From Alphaproteobacteria bacterium (GTDB lineage Bacteria > Pseudomonadota > Alphaproteobacteria > Bin95), in contig OZ224045.1 in NCBI GenBank assembly GCA_963665325.3, positions 256,001 to 320,000 on the forward strand: DNA of 64,000 nucleotides, read 5' to 3'. Below the pieces are notes generated by a model. It searched no databases, was not told where the DNA came from, and worked only from the letters and a program-made list of their open reading frames with translations. This document shows positions 36,042 through 46,264 of this stretch, piece by piece. The translations under genes and the position numbers were made by a program. Every line of letters starts with the position of its first letter. Within the stretch, counting starts at the first letter, position 1.

Positions 36042-37220
36042 CTAGTCTTTCTCGGTTGAGAGGATGAGCGTTGCGCCGGAGGACAACACGCCGCCCGTGC
36101 CGTGGCACACGGCCGTGCGGACGTCCTCGACCTGCCGGTCGCCCGCAAGGCCCCAAAGCTGACGGGACGCCTCGATGATGGTGAACAGCCCGTACATGCC
36201 CGGATGGCAATAGGACAGCCCGCCGCCATTGGTGTTCACCGGGAACGAGCCGCCCGGTCCGGTCCGCCCGCCCTTCACGAAGTCCTTGCCCTCGCCATAG
36301 CCGCACAGGCCCAGCGCCTCCAGCGTCATCAGCACGGTAATGGTGAAGCTGTCGTAGAGCATGGCGAGGTCCATCCGGGCCGGGCCGCGCCCCGCCATGG
36401 CGTAGGCGGCCCGCGAGGAATGCTCGGCGACCTCGAGTTTCGCCATGTCCGGCATATGCGCGATGCTCGTGTGCGAGGCGGACGCGCCGTGTCCCAGCAC
36501 ATGGATCGCCGGCATGCGCAGGTCGCGCGCGCGCTCTTCCGTTGTCATCACCACGGCCCCGCCGCCATCGGTGACGAGGCAGCAGTCGTAGCGGCCGAGC
36601 GGCGAGGCGATCGTGCGCGCGCCCAGCACATCGTCCACCGTCATCGGGTCGCGGAATGCGGCGGCAGGGTTGAGCGCTGCCCAGGCGCGGGTCGCCACCG
36701 CGATTTCGGCGAGCGTCTCCCGCGTCGAGCCATAGACATGGGCGTGGCGGTGGGCCGCCATCGCATAGGCGCCGGCCGGCAGGGGCAACCCGGCTGGAAT
36801 ATCCCACTGGTTCGAGAACATCGCCGGCCGTCCGCCCAGCGCCCGCGCCGCCTGGCTCTTCTGGAGCGAGCCGTAGACGATCAACACCGTCTCCGCCTGT
36901 CCGGCGCGGATCGCCTCCGCAGCCCGGCCCGCATGCAACACGAAGGCCGCACCACCGACATTGGTGCCGTCGAGATAGCGCGGCCATTCGAGGCCGAGAT
37001 ATTCGGTCAACAGCACCGGCTGCATGGCGCCCGGCCCCGGCATGCCCCACATGCCGGCGACCGCGAGGCCGTCCACATCGCGGATTGTCAGCCCTGCCTG
37101 GGCAAGCGCCTCATGGGCGGCATCCCGCTGTATGGAAAGCACGGTTGCGCCCGGCAGCGCGCGTCCCCGGTCATGGGTCGGCGCGTCGGCAACGCCGACA
37201 ACGACCGGTCGGCGGCTCAT
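36042..37220 (-). CDS. SCP2/Ltp2-type thiolase-fold protein
   Basis: DCCLVTDGGGA, LYDSFT, VNTNGGGLSYCHPG. Confidence 0.88.
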   Translation of the reverse strand: MSRRPVVVGVADAPTHDRGRALPGATVLSIQRDAAHEALAQAGLTIRDVDGLAVAGMWGMPGPGAMQPVLLTEYLGLEWPRYLDGTNVGGAAFVLHAGRAAEAIRAGQAETVLIVYGSLQKSQAARALGGRPAMFSNQWDIPAGLPLPAGAYAMAAHRHAHVYGSTRETLAEIAVATRAWAALNPAAAFRDPMTVDDVLGARTIASPLGRYDCCLVTDGGGAVVMTTEERARDLRMPAIHVLGHGASASHTSIAHMPDMAKLEVAEHSSRAAYAMAGRGPARMDLAMLYDSFTITVLMTLEALGLCGYGEGKDFVKGGRTGPGGSFPVNTNGGGLSYCHPGMYGLFTIIEASRQLWGLAGDRQVEDVRTAVCHGTGGVLSSGATLILSTEKD

Positions 37221-39337
37221 GCTTCGGCGTTCTCCCGGACGGCGATCAGCGCGTCCACGGCAAGTGCGCCCTCCCCTTTCGGCAGCACGATGAAGGGATT
37301 GACGTCGATCGTCTCCAGCACATCGGCATTGGCGGCTGCAAACGCCGAGAGCCGGGCAAGCGCCTCGACAAGCGCATCTTCATCCGCCGGCGGCGCCCCG
37401 CGCACACCTTCCAGCATCGGATAGCCGCGCACTTCCCGGATCATCCTGCGCGCTTCATCCACGCCGAACGGCGCGATGCGGAAGGTCACGTCCTTCAGCA
37501 CCTCGACGAAAATGCCGCCGAGCCCGAACATCACAACCGGGCCGAACACCGGATCGCGAACGACTCCGAGAATCGTCTCGACGCCGCCGGAGACCATGGG
37601 CGCGACCAGAACGCCGTCGATCCGCGCATCCGGCGCATGCGCTTCAGCGCGCGTAAGCAGGTCACGGTAGGCCGTCTCCGCCGCCTCCCGCGACGCGACA
37701 TTGAGGATGACGCCGCCGATCTCGGACTTGTGGAGAATGTCCGGCGATACGATCTTCATGACCACCGGGAAACCCGCCGCTTCAGCGGCCTCGGCCGCTT
37801 CGCCGGCAGACCCCACGATCCTCTCCGGCACCGCCGGCACACCGGCAGCCGCCAGAATTCGCTTGCCCTCGACTTCGTTGATGTCGGTCCCGGCGGCAAG
37901 TTTCGGCGTATCCGCCGGCACGTCGGGCGGCGGCGCGCCCGCTCCCCGCTTCAAGGCTTCGGAATACCGCACCAGAACCCCGAGCGCATGGATCGCCCGG
38001 CTCGGATCCTCGTAACAAAGATAGCCCATCGCCTGAAGCCTGGCGCGGCGCTCGGGCGTGGTCAGGATAGCGAGCATGTGCAGATGGTCGGGGAATCGTT
38101 GCCGCACCGCGTCCAGGCTCGGCTCCAGTTCCTTCATCATCAACGGGTTCAGGCCGACGCCGGCCATGAAGCACACAGCGCTCGCATAGTCGCCGTCATC
38201 CAGAAGGGCCCCGTACATCGTTTCCATCAATGTCGCGTTATTGATGAACTGCGCCGTCACATCCAGCGGGTTACGGGTGCCGGCGAACGGCACCAGCGCC
38301 TTCATCCGTTCCTGCGTGGCATCCGGCAGCGCCGGCAGTTCGAGGCCGGCATCGTCGGCAGCATCCGCCATGATGACGCCGACACCGCCGGAGACAGTGA
38401 CGATGCCGGTCCTTGCGCTCCTCGGCAGCTGGCCGCCGGCGAAGGCGTAACCGACATCGAACATCTCGTCGATGCTGTGGGGACGATAGACGTTGTACTG
38501 GCGGAGCAGCGCATCGAAGACGGCATCGGAGCCTGTCAGCGAAGCGGTATGCGAGGCTGCAGCCGCCGTGCCGACCTCCGAGCGTCCGACCTTCATCAGC
38601 ACCACCGGCTTTTCGGCCGCGCGGGCGATCTCCAGGGCCTCGATCAGCTTTTCCGCGTCCTGCACACCTTCCATGTAGCCGAGCACGACGCTGGTGCCGG
38701 GATCCTGCGCCATATAGGCAAGGCAGTCCGAGAACTCGACATCGCACTGGTTGCCCATGGTTGCCCAGAGGTTGAGCCCAAGGCCGCGTTCGCGGGCGAG
38801 CGTGAAGCAATGGCCCCCGAATGCGCCGGATTGGGCCGCAACGGAAATCGTGCCGTTCTCGGGCCCCGTGTCGCCGATGGCGGAGATGAAGGTGGCGATC
38901 ATGCCGGTGCCGGTGTTCATCACGCCCATGCAATTGGGCCCCATGATCCTGAGCCCGCCCTCGGCGCCGAGATCGGCCAGGCGGCGCTGCGCGCGCGCGC
39001 CTTCGTCCGATATTTCCGCAAAGCCGGATGACAGCACGATGGCCGCCTTGACCCCCTTTTCGATGCACGCCTGCACGGCCGGTTCCACGTGCGGCATCGG
39101 CACGACGATTACCGCCATATCGACAGCGCCCGGAATGTCGCCAATGGCGGGGAAGGCTGGCAGGCCCTGGATCTCGGCAGCACCCGGGTTGACCGGAAAC
39201 ACCTTGCCGCCATAGCCCGAGATTTTCATGTTGTGGACCGGTCGACCGCCGATCTTCGCGAAGTTCGACGAGGCGCCGACAATGGCCACCGACCTTGGAT
39301 TGAAGAACGCGTCGAGCGTGTCGATGCGGATGGTCAT
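37217..39337 (-). CDS. acetate--CoA ligase (ADP-forming) family protein
   Basis: PRSVAIVGAS, GPNCMG, QSGA, NPLD, ILHKSEIGGV, FGPVVMFGLGG. Confidence 0.92.
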   Translation of the reverse strand: MTIRIDTLDAFFNPRSVAIVGASSNFAKIGGRPVHNMKISGYGGKVFPVNPGAAEIQGLPAFPAIGDIPGAVDMAVIVVPMPHVEPAVQACIEKGVKAAIVLSSGFAEISDEGARAQRRLADLGAEGGLRIMGPNCMGVMNTGTGMIATFISAIGDTGPENGTISVAAQSGAFGGHCFTLARERGLGLNLWATMGNQCDVEFSDCLAYMAQDPGTSVVLGYMEGVQDAEKLIEALEIARAAEKPVVLMKVGRSEVGTAAAASHTASLTGSDAVFDALLRQYNVYRPHSIDEMFDVGYAFAGGQLPRSARTGIVTVSGGVGVIMADAADDAGLELPALPDATQERMKALVPFAGTRNPLDVTAQFINNATLMETMYGALLDDGDYASAVCFMAGVGLNPLMMKELEPSLDAVRQRFPDHLHMLAILTTPERRARLQAMGYLCYEDPSRAIHALGVLVRYSEALKRGAGAPPPDVPADTPKLAAGTDINEVEGKRILAAAGVPAVPERIVGSAGEAAEAAEAAGFPVVMKIVSPDILHKSEIGGVILNVASREAAETAYRDLLTRAEAHAPDARIDGVLVAPMVSGGVETILGVVRDPVFGPVVMFGLGGIFVEVLKDVTFRIAPFGVDEARRMIREVRGYPMLEGVRGAPPADEDALVEALARLSAFAAANADVLETIDVNPFIVLPKGEGALAVDALIAVRENAEA

Positions 39338-39481
39338 GCCGGCTTCCCCCCTCGGGCCTCGAACCTGCGGCGGCGCACGCTAGAACAGCAGGAGTCCCGC
39401 TTCAAGGAGGGGCCCCGACAGCTCCGCGCTCACCCGCAGCGCCCTTGTGCCCGGCATCCGCCGGAGGTCGAACGCTTTCCT

Positions 39482-41131
39482 CTAGACCCGATAGGACTGC
39501 GACTGGCCGGTGAAGGGCGAGATGTCGCGCTCGTCGAGTTCGAGGTGGATCAGCGCCGGCCCCGGATGAGCGAGCGCGGCTGCGAAGGCGCCAGCGAACT
39601 CGCCGGTTTCCCGCACACGGCTTGCGTGAAGGCCATAGGCCCGGCCGACCGCTTCGAAGTCCGGACTCTCGATCCTCGTTCCGAAAATACCAGCGTCGCC
39701 GTAGCGCGTCTGCTGTGAGGTCAGGATCGATCCCCAGGCGTTGTTGTCGCAGACGACGATCTTCACCGGCAGGCGTTCCTGCACCAGCGTCACGGCCTCC
39801 TGTCCCGTCATCAGGAACCCGCCGTCGCCCACAAAGACCACGACCGGCGAACGGGGCCGTGCGAGCGCCGCGCCGATGCCGCCGGGCACGCCGTAGCCCA
39901 TCGCGCCGGCCATCGGCCCCGCCTGGGTGCGCGGATCGCCGAACCGGAAATAGCGATGCACCCAGCGCGCAAAGGTGCCGCTGTCGGTGATGACGACCGC
40001 ATCGGACGGTAATTGCCTTCGGGTTTCGGCAGTGATTTCCGCGAGATCGACACGACCGTGAACGGGCACGCCGCCGGGCTCCGAAAAATCCCGGTAGGCC
40101 CTGTTCAGGCTCGCCCGCCAATCGAGACGGTCCGGATTGCCGCTCGAAACGACGGCGGAGAGCGCCTCCAGTGCGGGCCCCGCATCGGCCCGGACCGCTG
40201 TTCCGGACGGCCAGCGTTCCAGGACAGCGGCGTCGGGATGAATATGGATCAACGTCTGGTCGTCCCGGATCATCGAAAAGTCTCGGGTCGTGATGCCGTC
40301 CAGACGCGCACCCGCGGCAATGACTAGGTCCGCTTCCTCCCAGCCTTGTTCCTGGAAGCTGTCGCGGTTGATCTCCAGATGACCGATATACGCCGGATCG
40401 TCATTGGCGATGGCGTCCTGGCACCTGTAGGCCGTGGTAACGGCCGCACCGCAGGCCGCAGCGAAACCGGCGAGCGAAGCCTCTGCGCCTTCGAACGCAA
40501 TCAGTTCGCCCGCGATCACGACCGGACGGCGGGCGGCGTCGATCAGGCGCGCTGCTTCGGCAATGTCCTCGGCGTCCGGCAGGAGCGGAGCGCGTGGAAC
40601 GGCCTGCGGCACGCTGGGCGTGCCGGCGTCGCCATCCGAAATATCCTTCGGCATGACCAGCACAACGGGACCCGGCCGCCCCGCCATGGCGACTTCGAGT
40701 GCGCGGGCCGCCTTGTCCGGCACGTCCGCCGCCGTTTCGGGTTCCAGCACCGCCTTTGCAATGCCGGAAAACATCTTGTGGTAGTCGATTTCCTGGAACG
40801 CTTCGCGGCCCTTGGAAGCCGTCGGCACGTCGCCGATGACCAGCAGCATCGGCACCGAGTCCTGCCGGGCGACATGCAACCCGATGGACGCATTGGTGGA
40901 GCCAGGACCGCGGCTGACCAGACCGACCGCTGCCTTGCCGGCGACCCGCCCGTAGGCTGCGCACGCGAAAGTGACCCCGGACTCATGGCGGGGCGTGATC
41001 AGGCGGATGCCGTTCGCTCTTCGTTGGAGCGCTGCGAGGACCGGAAGATAGCTTTCTCCGGGAACGGCAAAGGCCGCCTCGACGCCCCATGCCGCCAGCG
41101 TCTCCACCAGGGCTTCACCCCCGTCCATCAT
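39482..41131 (-). CDS. thiamine pyrophosphate-binding protein (acetolactate synthase-like)
   Basis: VPGESY, RHE, RGPG, AFQEID, GDGGFLMTGQE...DN. Confidence 0.9.
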   Translation of the reverse strand: MMDGGEALVETLAAWGVEAAFAVPGESYLPVLAALQRRANGIRLITPRHESGVTFACAAYGRVAGKAAVGLVSRGPGSTNASIGLHVARQDSVPMLLVIGDVPTASKGREAFQEIDYHKMFSGIAKAVLEPETAADVPDKAARALEVAMAGRPGPVVLVMPKDISDGDAGTPSVPQAVPRAPLLPDAEDIAEAARLIDAARRPVVIAGELIAFEGAEASLAGFAAACGAAVTTAYRCQDAIANDDPAYIGHLEINRDSFQEQGWEEADLVIAAGARLDGITTRDFSMIRDDQTLIHIHPDAAVLERWPSGTAVRADAGPALEALSAVVSSGNPDRLDWRASLNRAYRDFSEPGGVPVHGRVDLAEITAETRRQLPSDAVVITDSGTFARWVHRYFRFGDPRTQAGPMAGAMGYGVPGGIGAALARPRSPVVVFVGDGGFLMTGQEAVTLVQERLPVKIVVCDNNAWGSILTSQQTRYGDAGIFGTRIESPDFEAVGRAYGLHASRVRETGEFAGAFAAALAHPGPALIHLELDERDISPFTGQSQSYRV

Positions 41132-41370
41132 CAATGTCCTTCCGGGTGGTCGTGATTGTCGGGGTCCAGAAGACGGTGCAAGTGCACGACGTAATATCGC
41201 ATGTGCGCATCGTCCACCGAGGCCTGGGCCTTGCCGCGCCAGGCCCTGGCGGCCTCGGTGTAGTTGGGATAGATGCCGACGATATCGAGGGCTTCGAGGT
41301 CGGCGAATTCGGTTCCGTCCGGGTGCACCAGGCGCCCGCCGAAAACGAGGTGGAGGAGTTGCTGGGCCAT
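41131..41370 (-). CDS. DUF4170 domain protein
   Basis: QLLHLVFGG, DIVGIYPNY, AWRGKAQASVDDAHMRY..VHLHRLLDP. Confidence 0.85.
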   Translation of the reverse strand: MAQQLLHLVFGGRLVHPDGTEFADLEALDIVGIYPNYTEAARAWRGKAQASVDDAHMRYYVVHLHRLLDPDNHDHPEGH

Positions 41371-41530
41371 TCCGGAACTCCCTCGCTTGAGGGTTGCAGA
41401 CCTGAGGCGAATAGCAGCAAGCACAATGAGGCGAAACCCCGCCGGGCGGTCGAAAATCTCAAGCCCTCTATCGATTGCCGCTCTGTTTGTGTTAGCGTCC
41501 GGGGGACATTTGCTGGCGATTGGGGACATC

Positions 41531-42625
41531 GTGCCAGACCAAGAGCGCGCATTCGTCGAATTCGACGGAGTCCAGAAGAGCTATGACGGCGAAACGCTCG
41601 TCGTCAAAAACCTGAATCTCGAAATTGCGCGCGGCGAATTCCTGACGATGCTGGGCCCTTCCGGCTCGGGCAAGACCACCTGCCTGATGATGCTTGCCGG
41701 GTTCGAGGTGGCTACGCACGGCCGGATCAGTCTCGGCGGTCGCCCGATCAACAACATTCCGCCGCACAAGCGCGGCATCGGGATGGTGTTCCAGAATTAC
41801 GCACTCTTCCCGCATATGACGATTGCCGAGAACCTGGCATTTCCGCTGCAGGTGCGCCGGATGAGCCGCACCGAGGTCGATGAGAAGGTCCAGCGCGCGC
41901 TGGACATGGTCCAGATGGGTGGCTCGGAGTTTGCGGGACGCCGCCCGGCCCAGCTTTCCGGCGGTCAGCAACAGCGCGTGGCGCTTGCGCGCGCCCTGGT
42001 TTTCGAACCGGAACTCGTCCTGATGGATGAGCCGCTGGGCGCTCTCGACAAGCAGCTGCGGGAACATATGCAGTTCGAGATCAAGCATCTGCATGAGCGG
42101 CTCGGCGTCACGGTCGTCTATGTCACGCACGACCAGTCCGAAGCCCTGACGATGTCCGACCGGATCGCGGTCTTCAACGACGGCGTGATCCAGCAGCTCG
42201 CGACGCCGGAAGACCTCTACGAGAGGCCTGAAAACGCTTTCGTGGCGCAATTCATCGGCGAGAACAACAAGCTCGACGGCATGGTGACAGCGTTTGCGGA
42301 CAGAGAAGCGCGCGTCCATCTGGACGGCGCCGAGGAGATCGGCGCGCTGGCGGTCAATTGCCGAGGCGTTGGCTTCCGGACGATGTTGTCGATCCGGCCG
42401 GAACGCGTGCTGATTGCGGAACCCTCGGCGCCTAACCAGCTTGAGGGCAGGGTCGTGGAACTGATCTATCTGGGCGATCACATCCGCTGTCGGATGGAGG
42501 TCGCCGGACGGGATGACTTTATCGTCAAGATCCCGAATTCCGCCAAACATTCGGTGTTGAAGGTGGGAGAGACTATTCCCATAGGCTGGCTCACAAGCGA
42601 TTGTCGAGCCTTGGATGCGGCGTGA
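41531..42625 (+). CDS. polyamine-type ABC transporter ATP-binding protein (PotA-like)
   Basis: GPSGSGKT, VFQNYALFPH, LSGGQQQR, DEPLGALD, TOBE tail; GTG start inferred. Confidence 0.93.
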   Translation: MPDQERAFVEFDGVQKSYDGETLVVKNLNLEIARGEFLTMLGPSGSGKTTCLMMLAGFEVATHGRISLGGRPINNIPPHKRGIGMVFQNYALFPHMTIAENLAFPLQVRRMSRTEVDEKVQRALDMVQMGGSEFAGRRPAQLSGGQQQRVALARALVFEPELVLMDEPLGALDKQLREHMQFEIKHLHERLGVTVVYVTHDQSEALTMSDRIAVFNDGVIQQLATPEDLYERPENAFVAQFIGENNKLDGMVTAFADREARVHLDGAEEIGALAVNCRGVGFRTMLSIRPERVLIAEPSAPNQLEGRVVELIYLGDHIRCRMEVAGRDDFIVKIPNSAKHSVLKVGETIPIGWLTSDCRALDAA

Positions 42626-42706
42626 TGGTGACCCGGATGGTGTGCCGCTGTTTTTCTGTTACGCCGTACGTGGATTGAACGAGTGGTAAACAAGGGAGAA
42701 CGCCAC

Positions 42707-43804
42707 ATGAGACTCAGAACATTCCTTGCAGCCGGCGCGGTCGCCTCCGTGGCGATGGCCGGCGCAGCGCAGGCGGAGGACATGACCATCGTGTCCTGGG
42801 GCGGTGCCTACTCGGCATCCCAGATGAACGCCTACCACAAGCCCTACATGGAAATGAATGAGGGCGTGAACATCATCAACGATGAGAGCGCGGCGGAAGC
42901 GGTCGCCAAGCTTCGCGCCATGGCCGAAGCCGGCAACACGACCTGGGACGTGGTCGATGTCGTGGCATCGGACGCCATCCGGCTGTGCGACGAAGGCCTG
43001 GCCATGGAAATCGATGTGGATTCGGTGCTGGCGGCTGCGCCCGACGGCTCGCCTGCGTCCAAGGACTTCGGCGAGTTTCTCGTGACGCCCTGCTTCGTCC
43101 CGCAGATCGTCTACTCGACGACCTTCGGCTACCGCACCGACCTGGTCGGCGATACGCCGCCCAAGAACGTCTGCGCCGTGTTCGACCTGGAGAATTATCC
43201 GGGCAAGCGCAGCCTCGAGAAACGCCCGATCAACAACATGGAATGGGCGCTGATGTGCGACGGCGTCGCCATGGCGGACATTTACGACGTGCTGGCGACC
43301 GAGGAAGGCCAGGCGCAAGCCTTCGCCAAGCTCGATACGATCAAGGACGAGGTCGTGTGGTGGTCTGCCGGCGCAGATACGCCGCAGCTTCTGGCGGACG
43401 GCGAGATCGTGATCGGCTCCACCTATAACGGGCGCCTGTTCAAGCTGATCGAAGAGGACAAGCAGCCGGTCGCCATGCTGTGGGACGGCCAGGTGTTCGA
43501 CCTCGACGGGTGGATCGTCCCGGCGAACCTGAGCGACGAGCGCAAGAAGCGCGCGCTGCACTATCTGAATTTCGCCACCGACACCCAGCGCCTTGCGGAC
43601 CAGGCGAAATACATCTCCTACGGTCCGGCGCGCGCGTCCTCTGCGCCGCTGGTGGGCAAGCATGCGAGCCTCGGAATCGAAATGGGCCCGCATATGCCGA
43701 ACCACCCGGATAACTTGAGCAACACGCTGCTCTACAATTACGAGTTCTGGGCGGACTATCGCGACGACATCGACGCGAAGTTCCAGACCTGGCTCGCAAA
43801 ATAG
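42707..43804 (+). CDS. polyamine-type ABC transporter substrate-binding protein
   Basis: Signal peptide, SWGGAY, WDVVD, YNGR. Confidence 0.9.
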   Translation: MRLRTFLAAGAVASVAMAGAAQAEDMTIVSWGGAYSASQMNAYHKPYMEMNEGVNIINDESAAEAVAKLRAMAEAGNTTWDVVDVVASDAIRLCDEGLAMEIDVDSVLAAAPDGSPASKDFGEFLVTPCFVPQIVYSTTFGYRTDLVGDTPPKNVCAVFDLENYPGKRSLEKRPINNMEWALMCDGVAMADIYDVLATEEGQAQAFAKLDTIKDEVVWWSAGADTPQLLADGEIVIGSTYNGRLFKLIEEDKQPVAMLWDGQVFDLDGWIVPANLSDERKKRALHYLNFATDTQRLADQAKYISYGPARASSAPLVGKHASLGIEMGPHMPNHPDNLSNTLLYNYEFWADYRDDIDAKFQTWLAK

Positions 43805-43815
43805 GGCTGTTCTGA

Positions 43816-43837
43816 GGAGGGGCCTCCGGGCCCCTCC
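43816..43837 (+). terminator. intercistronic hairpin after the binding-protein gene
   Basis: GGAGGGGCC-TCCG-GGCCCCTCC followed by a pyrimidine tract. Confidence 0.55.
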
Positions 43838-43875
43838 ATCCTTTCCCGCTTTCAACCGAAGGCGAACGCAATCCC

Positions 43876-45144
43876 ATGGCGAACGGCGAAGGCGTTTCCG
43901 GACCGATCCTCGCGGCAGACGGCCGGCCCCTGAAGCAGTCGCTTGCCCGGGCTTTGCGTATGCAAAAAATGCGTGCGCTGGCGCTGATCGCGCCGCTGCT
44001 GATCTTCATTCTGGTCACCTTCGCCGCGCCGATCGCGGACATGCTGTTCCGGTCGATCGAGAACTCGATCGTGCCCGCCACACTACCGCTGACCGTGAAG
44101 GCGCTTGAAGACTGGGACGACGCATCCGGCAAACCGCCGGGCGAAGAGGCTTTTGCCGCGCTGCACAAGGACCTGCTGGTCGCGGTCGACGCCAAGGCGC
44201 ATACCAAGCTCGGCTCGCGGCTGAACTACGAGCAAACGGGCATTGCCAGCCTGCTGCGCAAGACGGGCCGGCACGTCAAGAGAATGAAGGAGGACGGCAA
44301 CCTCGCCGCCCAGTTTGCGAAGGTCCACAAGGGTTGGGCCGACCCGGAGACCTGGGGAACGGTCAAGCGGTTCTCGGGCTCCCACACATCCGGCTACTTC
44401 CTCAATGCGGTGGATGCCAGGCTGGGTTCGGGCGGCGTTGAGGCAAGGCCGGACAACGAACGGATCTACATTTTCCTGTTTGAGCGCACCCTGTTCCTCA
44501 GCATCGTCATCACGGTCTCCTGTCTCCTGATCGGCTACCCGGTCGCCTTCCTGTTGGCGACACTGCCGATGCGCACCTCGAACGTGCTGATGATCCTCGT
44601 GCTCCTGCCGTTCTGGACCTCCCTGCTGGTCCGGACCTCGGCCTGGAAGGTGCTACTCCAGCAGCAGGGGGTCATCAACGATACGCTGGTCTTCGTGGGG
44701 CTCGTCGCCGACGATGCGCGGCTTGCGATGATCAACAACCAGACCGGCACGATCATCGCCATGACGCATATCCTGCTGCCGTTCATGATCCTGCCGCTCT
44801 ATTCGGTGATGCGCACGATCCCGCCGAGCTACATGCGCGCCGCAAAGTCCTTGGGCGCGACGGACTGGACCGCCTTCTGGAGGGTCTATTTCCCGCAGAG
44901 CGTGCCTGGCATCGGCGCGGGCTCGATCCTCGTCTTCATCCTCTCCATCGGCTACTACATCACGCCCGAGCTGGTTGGCGGCACTTCGGGCACCTTCATC
45001 TCCAACCGGATCGCCTACCACATCTCGTCGAGCCTCAATTGGGGGCTGGCTGCGGCGCTGGGTGTGATCCTGCTGATCGTGGTGCTGGTCCTCTACTGGC
45101 TCTACGACAGGATCGTCGGCATCGACAACGTGAAACTGGGATAG
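43876..45144 (+). CDS. ABC transporter permease (PotB-like)
   Basis: LLPFWTSLLVRT, RAAKSLGA, GYYITPELVGG. Confidence 0.92.
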   Translation: MANGEGVSGPILAADGRPLKQSLARALRMQKMRALALIAPLLIFILVTFAAPIADMLFRSIENSIVPATLPLTVKALEDWDDASGKPPGEEAFAALHKDLLVAVDAKAHTKLGSRLNYEQTGIASLLRKTGRHVKRMKEDGNLAAQFAKVHKGWADPETWGTVKRFSGSHTSGYFLNAVDARLGSGGVEARPDNERIYIFLFERTLFLSIVITVSCLLIGYPVAFLLATLPMRTSNVLMILVLLPFWTSLLVRTSAWKVLLQQQGVINDTLVFVGLVADDARLAMINNQTGTIIAMTHILLPFMILPLYSVMRTIPPSYMRAAKSLGATDWTAFWRVYFPQSVPGIGAGSILVFILSIGYYITPELVGGTSGTFISNRIAYHISSSLNWGLAAALGVILLIVVLVLYWLYDRIVGIDNVKLG

Positions 45145-45149
45145 ACCGT

Positions 45150-46004
45150 ATGGCCGCTCTGCCGCCTTATGCATCGACCGGCCAAAAGCTTTGGTACTGG
45201 GGCTTCCGGGCAATCTGCGCGCTGGTCTTCTTTTTTCTGATCTTCCCACTGCTGGTCGTTGTCCCGCTCAGCTTCAACTCGCTGCCCTATTTCACTTTCA
45301 CGCCGGAGATGCTGAGATTCGCGCCGGGCGCTTACAGCCTGGTGAACTACAACGATTTCTTCACCAACTCCGACTGGCAGAACGCGCTCTACAACTCCGT
45401 GCGCATCGCGCCGGTGGCGACGCTCGTGTCGGTGAGCCTGGGAACGCTCGCCGCAATCGGCCTCTCGCAGAGCCATGTGCCGTTTCGCGGCGCGATCATG
45501 GCGGTGCTGATCTCCCCGATGATCGTGCCGCTCATCATCTCCGCGGCCGGCATGTATTTCTTCTATTCGCGCATCGGCCTCCAGGGTACTTATGTCGGCG
45601 TCGTGCTGGCCCATGCGGCGCTCGGCATACCCTTTGTCATCATTACGGTGACCGCGACCCTTGTCGGGTTCGACAGGAGCCTGACGCGCGCTGCGGCCAA
45701 TCTCGGCGCCAATCCGGTGCGGACGTTCTTCAAGGTGCAGGCGCCGCTGATCCTGCCGGGTGTGATCTCAGGCGGCCTCTTCGCCTTCATCACTTCCTTC
45801 GACGAGGTGGTCGTGGTGCTGTTCGTGGGCTCAGCCGGCCAGAAGACGCTCCCCTGGCAGATGTTCACCGGCCTGCGCGAGCAGATCAGCCCGACGATCC
45901 TTGCCGTCGCGACCATCCTCGTGGTCATCTCGATCTGCCTGCTGACCACCGTCGAACTGCTGCGGCGCCGTTCCGAGCGGCTCAGAGGCATGTCGCCACA
46001 GTAG
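45150..46004 (+). CDS. ABC transporter permease (PotC-like)
   Basis: SPMIVP, RAAANLGA, FITSFDEVVV. Confidence 0.92.
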   Translation: MAALPPYASTGQKLWYWGFRAICALVFFFLIFPLLVVVPLSFNSLPYFTFTPEMLRFAPGAYSLVNYNDFFTNSDWQNALYNSVRIAPVATLVSVSLGTLAAIGLSQSHVPFRGAIMAVLISPMIVPLIISAAGMYFFYSRIGLQGTYVGVVLAHAALGIPFVIITVTATLVGFDRSLTRAAANLGANPVRTFFKVQAPLILPGVISGGLFAFITSFDEVVVVLFVGSAGQKTLPWQMFTGLREQISPTILAVATILVVISICLLTTVELLRRRSERLRGMSPQ

Positions 46005-46090
46005 AGAATACCCCCGGCCAGGGCGCCGCGGCTTGATTGCGCCGCCCAGGGCATCACATCTTGCGGCAGCGCAAGGCAAAGGAACGCTCG

Positions 46091-46264
46091 ATGGGCACTG
46101 CGCTCGGTCTGGTCATGTCCGCCCTGGTCGCGATACTGGGGATCGTCGCCATGCGTATAGGCTTCGGCAGCGACGACGGCCTGCAGGCCAGGGTTGGCGG
46201 CAGCGTTATCACCGTTATCGGCATCGTTGGACTCGTCATCGGCCTGGTGGCGGCCTTCGATTAG
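46091..46264 (+). CDS. small hypothetical membrane protein (57 aa, 2 TM)
   Basis: AAAGGAA upstream; two hydrophobic helices; fills the intergenic gap. Confidence 0.5.
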   Translation: MGTALGLVMSALVAILGIVAMRIGFGSDDGLQARVGGSVITVIGIVGLVIGLVAAFD

